Origin: a bacterium | Lineage (GTDB): Bacteria; Zhuqueibacterota; Zhuqueibacteria; Residuimicrobiales; Krinioviventaceae | Direction of reading: 5' to 3' | NCBI GenBank assembly: GCA_029561455.1 | Contig: JAKQIY010000076.1 | Span: forward strand, 81,838 to 145,837 | Length of the DNA stretch: 64,000 nucleotides | Part shown: positions 57,838 to 64,000 of the stretch, in pieces | Position numbering within the stretch: position 1 is the stretch's first letter | Layout: every line of letters starts with the position of its first letter | The notes under the pieces: generated by a model | The model's input: only the letters and a program-made list of their open reading frames with translations | What the model was told of the DNA's origin: nothing | Databases searched by the model: none | Position numbers and translations under genes: made by a program

Positions 57838-58006
57838 ATTAGCGTTCATTTGCGTGCATTCGTGGTTTAAATAACATGAAACGAAAGTTAATTGCGAAAG
57901 GACGCTAATAAACGCAAATGATAAATATAATATTGATCGCATCGGGATTCATATAGCAGGGCGGGAAACGGGTTTGGATGGGGCCACTGTCACATCATCA
58001 CAAAAA
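57838..58006. repeat. Imperfect palindrome plus a second copy of the ~65-bp dispersed repeat
   Basis: ATTAGCGT/ACGCTAAT and TCATTTGCGT/ACGCAAATGA inverted pairs (57838-57921); 57939-58006 aligns with 55145-55210. Confidence 0.55.
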
Positions 58007-58229
58007 GATTGCCCTGAGTATTTGTGCCTCGCGTAAAATCAACAGGGATTTCAATTCTGGCTCATTTTTACAAACTGCAGGATAAATATCATACTCTATT
58101 GCCCGAACCGGACAGATGGCTGGCACGAATATTATTATATTATAAAATCAAATTGAGTGGTCGTTACCCCTTGTCCATAAATAATATATCGGAATTTGCA
58201 TAATAAAGCGGATTAATAGCACTGTTATA

Positions 58230-58445
58230 TTACACAAACTCAAACACCGGGGTTTTGATCGTTTTAACAGGTTTTAGTTGACTGTGAATAATATTATGAA
58301 TTTTTTCTACAGTGCCTGGTGAAAAATATTGCTCCCCGGTCTCCGGGTTCACGCGCGCCGGGACATTTTCAATGATATAAAATTTATCATCCATGAAAAT
58401 AGAGTAGGTCACTTTTTGTTCTACTAATTTCTCTTCCCGGAACAT
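58230..58445 (-). CDS. YgiT-type (MqsA-like) zinc-finger family protein, Cys-less variant
   Basis: IIENVPARVNPETGEQYFSP motif; ATG at 58445 directly after the DUF4258 stop. Confidence 0.8.
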   Translation of the reverse strand: MFREEKLVEQKVTYSIFMDDKFYIIENVPARVNPETGEQYFSPGTVEKIHNIIHSQLKPVKTIKTPVFEFV

Positions 58446-58446
58446 T

Positions 58447-58755
58447 TTATTTCTTCCTTTTCTTTTTATCATCACTCCATTCCTGAGCGGACGGCTCATA
58501 AATGGTTACAATTTTTATTATACTGCGACTCGGATAACTACAATGAATATGCAGCGCTCTGTTATTATTCGTATAGCCGAGAATCAGGCAGCTTGGGTCG
58601 TATTTGTCGTTTGGATAATCTTCTATTATTTCGCCATTCGATATAGCTTGACGAACTTCATCTACCTTAATATTACGTAAAACAGATTGATCCGTAGCAT
58701 GTTTGTAAAATTCAAATTCATCATTATTGATCTTATTTCTAATTGCAACAATCAT
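58447..58755 (-). CDS. DUF4258 family protein (putative RelE-like toxin)
   Basis: KHATDQS..RNI, GEIIEDYPNDKYDPSCLILG, LHIHCS, IVTIYEP...W; probable ATG at 58755. Confidence 0.82.
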   Translation of the reverse strand: MIVAIRNKINNDEFEFYKHATDQSVLRNIKVDEVRQAISNGEIIEDYPNDKYDPSCLILGYTNNNRALHIHCSYPSRSIIKIVTIYEPSAQEWSDDKKKRKK

Positions 58756-58819
58756 AATATATCCTGAATTCCGAAATAAAATAAGTTGATTTATACAAAT
58801 TTGCAAGTAAAACTTGCTC

Positions 58820-58969
58820 GCGCCGGGTTTCACATGGAGGTGCGGGAAACGGGCCGGGGGTTTCCAATCCTGGATTGAAAGCATGATTGGCCGCAATGTC
58901 AATCCAGAGTGAACAATGGGTTTGAAACCCATTTCAAAATTACGCACCGGGTTATGAAACCCGGTTCGC
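58820..58969. repeat. REPIN-like element between lhr and the DUF4258/YgiT pair
   Basis: GCGCCGGGTTTCA at the left end and ACCGGGT-tatgaa-ACCCGGT at the right end (same family as 48346 and 55145); internal AATGGGTTT-G-AAACCCATT palindrome. Confidence 0.6.
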
Positions 58970-58980
58970 TCCGGGGGCGC

Positions 58981-61900
58981 TCACACCCCGCTCGGCCACA
59001 GCGCCAGCTTGTCGCCGTCGAGTTCATAGCCTTTGGCGGTAAAAGCAGCCGCCAGGGCATGCTGGCTGGCCGGGGCGGCGTCGATACTCTCGATCTCCAG
59101 CTTTTTGCGGGGACGGTACATGTCCGGCAGGCGCAGCCAGATTTTCAGCGCTTCCGGCAGTACGGCATCGACATTCTGATTGTAATCCGCGCACAAGAAC
59201 AACCGCGCACCATAGTTTTCGCAATAGACGACCGGTCGGCCATTGTAAAACAACAGGTGATTGGACGCCGCCCGCGTAACGGCGATCCGCTCCCCCGCTT
59301 TATTGGCAATGCCCCAGTCGATAACTCCGCCGTACGGCAGCGCCGGGTCGATGGTCGCCAGCAGGCAGGAGGCGCCGGACTCGAACCCCGCGCCGGACTG
59401 GATTTTTTCCAGCAGCGTCACGGCATTGGGTAGCGCAAACTGCACACCGGACAAGCCCTGCACAAAATAGCCGCGCCTTATTTCGCCGCTCCACTCCATT
59501 TTACGCAGGGACTGGAATATCCTGGCCCAGGGCAGCAGTCCGCCTTCGAGCCGGTAAAATTCCTTGACCAAAATGCCGTAACGCTGCAACAGCAGTCTGG
59601 CCTGTTTATCGGCGCGGTCGTGGTCGTTCATTTCCTTACCATGCACGGCAAACGAGGTGGTCAAATACCAGCGGCCCTCGTGGCGTTGCTGCTTGTCGCG
59701 CAGTTCGCTGCGGGTGGGGCGTTGCCCCGCTCCTTTTCGCATGCCCGCGCTCCAGGCGGGACGGATTTGCTCATGCCAGTCCGGCACAGTTTCTTCTTCA
59801 CCTGCCTTTACGGTCATCCCAAGCAGGCGCAAAAAGGTATCGTAACGGTCGCAGCCGGCCAGACCGCTCAGGGCCAGGCGCCACAAGCCGGTTTCCGCCT
59901 GCAAAGCGGACAGTCCCGCGCCGTCGAGAATATCCTGGTAATGGCTGGCGCCATTGTCGCGTAAAAATTCGAGCACAGCGCGGGCGTCTTTATCCAGGTC
60001 ATCCACCCCGGCGAGCAGGCCGTCCTTGTCCGACAAAATATGCCCGTCGCCGCGCGCGGTAAAGTACAGACGGGTGCGACTCGCATCGCTGTCGCGTCCG
60101 GCGCGGACATTAATATCGCCGCTTTTGATATAGGCGTTCATGGCGTCGAGCAGTCCGGCCGCGCTTTGCTTGTCACCAAGAATGCGGCAGCGCAACAGTT
60201 CGCGCTCAAACACCCGCGGCGGCAAACCGAGGCCGCTGTACTGGCGCAGCAAATCCTGCACGGATTTTTGCGGTTGATTGATATGATGCCATGCAAACAA
60301 AAACTGCTGAAACGCCGGTCGCTCCGCCGGCCGGGCGGCTTCGCGGCGCAGCACAATCGCCTGGCGGTACAGTTGCGCAAAATTGGCCCGGTCGCAATAA
60401 AACTCGCCCTCCTCGCCTTCCACCAAAGAACCGCGTACAATTTCTTTGTCCGCCAGCAGTTTAACCAGCGCCGCTTCGGTTTCATCAACGGACAAGCCGG
60501 TACATGCCTGAATGAATGAAACCGTTACCGGGCCATGGGCGCGTAAAAAACGCTGCACAATGCGCAGGGAGTTATCCGGCTCGTGCAGGCTGCCAAACAT
60601 GGCGCTTTCCCCGGCGGCGATCCAGCCGCTCACTGCGCCCCGGTGAAGGACAATGCGCTTGTCCTTTTGTAGCATATCAAGCCACTGCTGCGGCTCCTGG
60701 CGGGAGCGTTCCTGCAACTGGACGTTATCTATCGGCCCCAGTTGTTCGATGACGGCGAACAGATCTTCTACATCCTTGGCGCGGGTTTCCGGCAGGGTGT
60801 GCTGCCAGCGCGCCTCCGCTTTTTCAATCACGGCGCGGGTAACGATGGCGGGGATGGTTTCTTTGAGCAGCACCTCGGCCAGCAATTCATTGCTCACCTC
60901 GGCGGCAAAGCCGATGGCGCGGGCCTTGTCATAATCGTACATATATTCCGCCAGCAGCCGGAACAGCAATCCCGACGCCATAGGCGAAGGCGTCGGCGTA
61001 TTCACATATTCTATCGTAATCTCGCCGTCCAGGATATGACGCAATACCAGGGCCAGGTTTTGCACATCGTACACCTCCTGCAGGCAATCGCGCACGGTTT
61101 CGATGACGATGGGGAATTCCGGTTCATTGCGGACGGCCTGCAGCAGGTCGGCGGCGCGCAGCCGTTGCAGCCACAACGGAATCCGTAAATTGGCGCGGGA
61201 ACGCGGCAGCAGCAGCGCGCGGGCGGCGTTATGCCGGAACCGTACGGCAAACAGGGGCGTCGATAACAATCGCTCTGCCAGTATCTTTTCCGCTTCTTCC
61301 GGCACCAGCGACAGCAGTTTATCTAGCGGCGGCGGTTCGGTAACATCCAGCAGCCGGAAGAGGATACCGTCCTCGTCGAAAGAGAACTGGGCCTGCACAT
61401 TATAGCGGTTTTCCAAAACCGCGCCCAGTACCACCGCCCAGGCGCCCAGCACCTTGCCGCCAAACGGCGCATGGATGACAAATTGCGGCTCACCCACCGA
61501 GTCCCGAAAAAATTCAACAATAATGCGGTTATGCACAGGAATATTGCCGGTGAGTTCCTGTTGCCGTTGCAAATAATCCATCAGGTTTTGCGCTGTGTCC
61601 GCGTCGGCATGGCAGGCGCGTGTCAGCCAATGGCCGGGATCGGGACGGCTGAGCAGGTCGGCGCGGAATTCGCCGGTTCTGATACTGGTGTAAAAATCGC
61701 GGTACAGGGGTTCGCTCTTCCAGAACGGTGGCCGGGCTTTGCCGGCGTTAAGCGGCGTAACCAGCAGCCGGTCGCGGGTAATGGCGTCGATGCGCCATTC
61801 GTTATTGCCGAGGAAAAATACATCGCCGACATTAGATTCAAAGACAAACTCTTCTTCCACCTCGCCAAGCCGGGCACCGGAATCCTGCAAATACACGCCA

Positions 61901-63489
61901 TAATAAGCGCGGTCGGCTATGGTGCCGCCGTTCATCACCGCCATCAAGCGGGAACCGCGACGGCTTATGAGCTTGTCGTTGACACGATCCCATGCCAGTC
62001 GCGGTTGCAGGGCGCGCATGGGGTTATCGGCAAACCGTCCCGCCAGCATATCGACAACCGAATTGAACACATTTTCGGAAAGATGGCGGTAACAATAACT
62101 CTGCGTATATAATTGAAATAATTCCAAACGCGACCAGTCGCGCATGGCCACTTCGGCGACGATCTGCTGCGCCAGCACATCCAGGCAGTTTTCCGGAATA
62201 TGGGTTTCTTCAATATCGCTGTCCAGCATAAAACGGGTAAAGGCAACGGCGTCGTCCATATCCGCCTGGTACAGGGGAATGATGCGGCCCTTGCTGGTGG
62301 CTTTGAGCAAGTGCCCGCTGCGGCCGACGCGCTGCAATGCGGAAGAGACGGTTTTGGGCGTTTCCACCTGCACCACCAGGTCGATGCTGCCGATGTCGAT
62401 GCCCAGTTCCAGCGAGGCGGTGGCGATCACCGCTGGGATGCGGCCATTTTTCAGGGTGTCTTCTATTTGGTAACGCACATCGCGGGAGATACTGCCGTGA
62501 TGCGCCAGGGCAATTTGGCTGCTATCGGGGTCGCCGATCCGTTCCCGGTGTAGTTCGTTAAGCTGCCGGGCGATCTTTTCCGTCTGCGCCCGCATATTGA
62601 CAAACACCAGCGTGGTTTTGTGCGCCATGATCAGATCATACAGCTTGTCGATCAGCGCCGGCCAGACGCTGGCATCCGGCAGATCGGTAAAGTCCGCCAC
62701 CGGGGAAATGACCTGCAAATCCAAATCCTTGCGCTGGCCGCAGTCCACAATGGTGACCGGCCGCGGCGCGGGACTGGTAACATTCGGCAGCCATTGCTGT
62801 CCCCCCAGAAAAGCGGCAATGCGTTCCAGGGGTCGCTGCGTAGCGGACAAGCCGATGCGCACCGGTTCCCGATCACACAACGACATCAAGCGTTCCAGCG
62901 ACAAGCTGAGGTGTACGCCGCGCTTGTTGTTGCAAACCGCATGAATTTCATCGACAATAATATAGCGCAGGTTGTGGAATATAGCCCGGCCTTTTTCCGA
63001 GGTCAGCAGCAGGTACAGCGATTCCGGCGTGGTGATGAGAATATGCGGCGGTTTTTTAACCATGGACTGCCGGACATTGGCGGGTGTATCGCCGGTGCGC
63101 ACTGCGGTGCGAATGAGCGGCGCCGCCAGGTTCATTTCCTGCGCAGTGCGGGCAATACCTTGCAGCGGCACCTGCAGGTTGACGTGAATATCGTTATTCA
63201 GCGCCTTGAGCGGCGAAATGTACAGGGTATGCACCCCGCCGGAATTTTTAGTATCCTTGCTGTATTGCAAAGAGCGAAACAGGTCGTCGATGCACCACAA
63301 GAACGCCGCCAGGGTTTTACCGGACCCGGTGGGCGCGAGAATGAGCGAATGTTTGCCTGAGGCAATCACCGGCCAGCCCTGCACCTGCGGGGGACTCGGC
63401 GCACCGAATTTATTGCTAAACCAGGTTGATACTACCGGGTGAAAATCCTGTAATATAGACAGGCCCGTTTTCTCTGTCCCCTCACTCAT
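58981..63489 (-). CDS. lhr: Lhr family SF2 helicase, long form with C-terminal domain
   Basis: APTGSGKT, SPLKAL, TTPESL, DEIH, GLSAT, HHGS, SLELGIDIG, QRVGRSGH, LDVLAQQI; CTD LLQRYGIL, GEIRRGYFV.GLSGVQFA, DPALPYG. Confidence 0.95.
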   Translation of the reverse strand: MSEGTEKTGLSILQDFHPVVSTWFSNKFGAPSPPQVQGWPVIASGKHSLILAPTGSGKTLAAFLWCIDDLFRSLQYSKDTKNSGGVHTLYISPLKALNNDIHVNLQVPLQGIARTAQEMNLAAPLIRTAVRTGDTPANVRQSMVKKPPHILITTPESLYLLLTSEKGRAIFHNLRYIIVDEIHAVCNNKRGVHLSLSLERLMSLCDREPVRIGLSATQRPLERIAAFLGGQQWLPNVTSPAPRPVTIVDCGQRKDLDLQVISPVADFTDLPDASVWPALIDKLYDLIMAHKTTLVFVNMRAQTEKIARQLNELHRERIGDPDSSQIALAHHGSISRDVRYQIEDTLKNGRIPAVIATASLELGIDIGSIDLVVQVETPKTVSSALQRVGRSGHLLKATSKGRIIPLYQADMDDAVAFTRFMLDSDIEETHIPENCLDVLAQQIVAEVAMRDWSRLELFQLYTQSYCYRHLSENVFNSVVDMLAGRFADNPMRALQPRLAWDRVNDKLISRRGSRLMAVMNGGTIADRAYYGVYLQDSGARLGEVEEEFVFESNVGDVFFLGNNEWRIDAITRDRLLVTPLNAGKARPPFWKSEPLYRDFYTSIRTGEFRADLLSRPDPGHWLTRACHADADTAQNLMDYLQRQQELTGNIPVHNRIIVEFFRDSVGEPQFVIHAPFGGKVLGAWAVVLGAVLENRYNVQAQFSFDEDGILFRLLDVTEPPPLDKLLSLVPEEAEKILAERLLSTPLFAVRFRHNAARALLLPRSRANLRIPLWLQRLRAADLLQAVRNEPEFPIVIETVRDCLQEVYDVQNLALVLRHILDGEITIEYVNTPTPSPMASGLLFRLLAEYMYDYDKARAIGFAAEVSNELLAEVLLKETIPAIVTRAVIEKAEARWQHTLPETRAKDVEDLFAVIEQLGPIDNVQLQERSRQEPQQWLDMLQKDKRIVLHRGAVSGWIAAGESAMFGSLHEPDNSLRIVQRFLRAHGPVTVSFIQACTGLSVDETEAALVKLLADKEIVRGSLVEGEEGEFYCDRANFAQLYRQAIVLRREAARPAERPAFQQFLFAWHHINQPQKSVQDLLRQYSGLGLPPRVFERELLRCRILGDKQSAAGLLDAMNAYIKSGDINVRAGRDSDASRTRLYFTARGDGHILSDKDGLLAGVDDLDKDARAVLEFLRDNGASHYQDILDGAGLSALQAETGLWRLALSGLAGCDRYDTFLRLLGMTVKAGEEETVPDWHEQIRPAWSAGMRKGAGQRPTRSELRDKQQRHEGRWYLTTSFAVHGKEMNDHDRADKQARLLLQRYGILVKEFYRLEGGLLPWARIFQSLRKMEWSGEIRRGYFVQGLSGVQFALPNAVTLLEKIQSGAGFESGASCLLATIDPALPYGGVIDWGIANKAGERIAVTRAASNHLLFYNGRPVVYCENYGARLFLCADYNQNVDAVLPEALKIWLRLPDMYRPRKKLEIESIDAAPASQHALAAAFTAKGYELDGDKLALWPSGV

Positions 63490-64000
63490 CGGTTAAAGCT
63501 CTGACCGATAAATTTCAGGCCGTCGGTAATACCGGTGCGCCAATACAGCCAGTTATGCTCGCCGTCGCGCACGCGGAATTCGTGAGGGATGTTGCGGTCT
63601 TTGAGAACCAGGTGCAGGGCGCAGTTGCCTTTGATGAGGAAATCGTCATCGCCGCAATCCATGTAAATGCGCACTTTTTTCAGGGATTCTACCGGCAGGG
63701 ATTTCGCCAGGTCCAGGGAATGGCGTTCTTGCCAATGTTTGGTTAAACGTTCTTTTCCTTTTAAATTTTTACCGAGCAGATCGGTGAACATAAAATTGTA
63801 ATCATTATCATTCCAGGCAATCATTTCTTCATCCGTCCATATAGCGCTGCTGAATGCGGCGCAGGCAGCGAACATGTCCGGGTAGCGCAGGGCATATAAC
63901 AATGTGCCGAATCCGCCCATAGAAAGACCGGCCACGCCGCGGTATTCCTTGCCGCCGCGAATGCGGTATTCTTTTTCAATGTAGGGAATGAATTCCTTGA
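63486..64000 (-). CDS. Putative esterase (alpha/beta hydrolase), 5' end truncated by window edge
   Basis: RGVAGLSMGG (GxSxG), DCGDDDFL, DGEHNW; reading frame open to the window end; stop overlaps lhr start. Confidence 0.88.
   Translation of the reverse strand, partial: KEFIPYIEKEYRIRGGKEYRGVAGLSMGGFGTLLYALRYPDMFAACAAFSSAIWTDEEMIAWNDNDYNFMFTDLLGKNLKGKERLTKHWQERHSLDLAKSLPVESLKKVRIYMDCGDDDFLIKGNCALHLVLKDRNIPHEFRVRDGEHNWLYWRTGITDGLKFIGQSFNR

Noticed and set aside
48254-58969. CRISPR array or integron attC cassette array
   Set aside because: Repeats are heterogeneous and irregularly spaced, with no constant repeat-spacer period and no consistent RYYYAAC/GTTRRRY ends. No cas or intI gene is present.
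58909-63442. Numerous 60-250 aa ORFs overlapping lhr
   Set aside because: Shadow ORFs expected in GC-rich coding sequence; lhr has all helicase motifs in one frame.

Overview
Bacterial chromosomal window, most likely from an FCB-superphylum lineage such as KSB1/Calditrichota-like. This is inferred from the NYPNPFNP FlgD-Ig/T9SS-like domains, the FISUMP proteins and the SSB N-terminus, not from a database search. 1-23 kb is mostly housekeeping: an EPS export operon (epimerase, wzc, wza, STAS fusion) behind a sigma54-type promoter; glgA; cpoB; lpxH-mreC-mreD-mrdA-rodA-lgt; an orphan BMC-H shell gene; ispE-tRNA-Gln-prs-rplY-pth-rpsF-ssb-rpsR-rplI; and cdaR-tsaD. 23-34.4 kb holds a compact Agl-Glt-like envelope motor cluster (OMP, two TPR proteins, GltF-like, MotA/TolQ, two ExbD/TolR, FHA-TonB_C GltG-like), in which one ExbD paralog has Asn in place of the essential Asp. 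It converges on a Nal1-like protease / histidine kinase / sigma54 activator operon. 40-64 kb is an accessory region: a type I R-M operon with an embedded orphan DarG-type macrodomain, a secreted esterase, a LacI regulator with three putative operators, two tandem multi-FISUMP surface proteins with DGR-like variable regions, a DUF4258/YgiT pair, lhr and an esterase. Clusters of REP-like palindromes separate many of these genes. No CRISPR array, rRNA, reverse transcriptase, integrase or transposase was seen.
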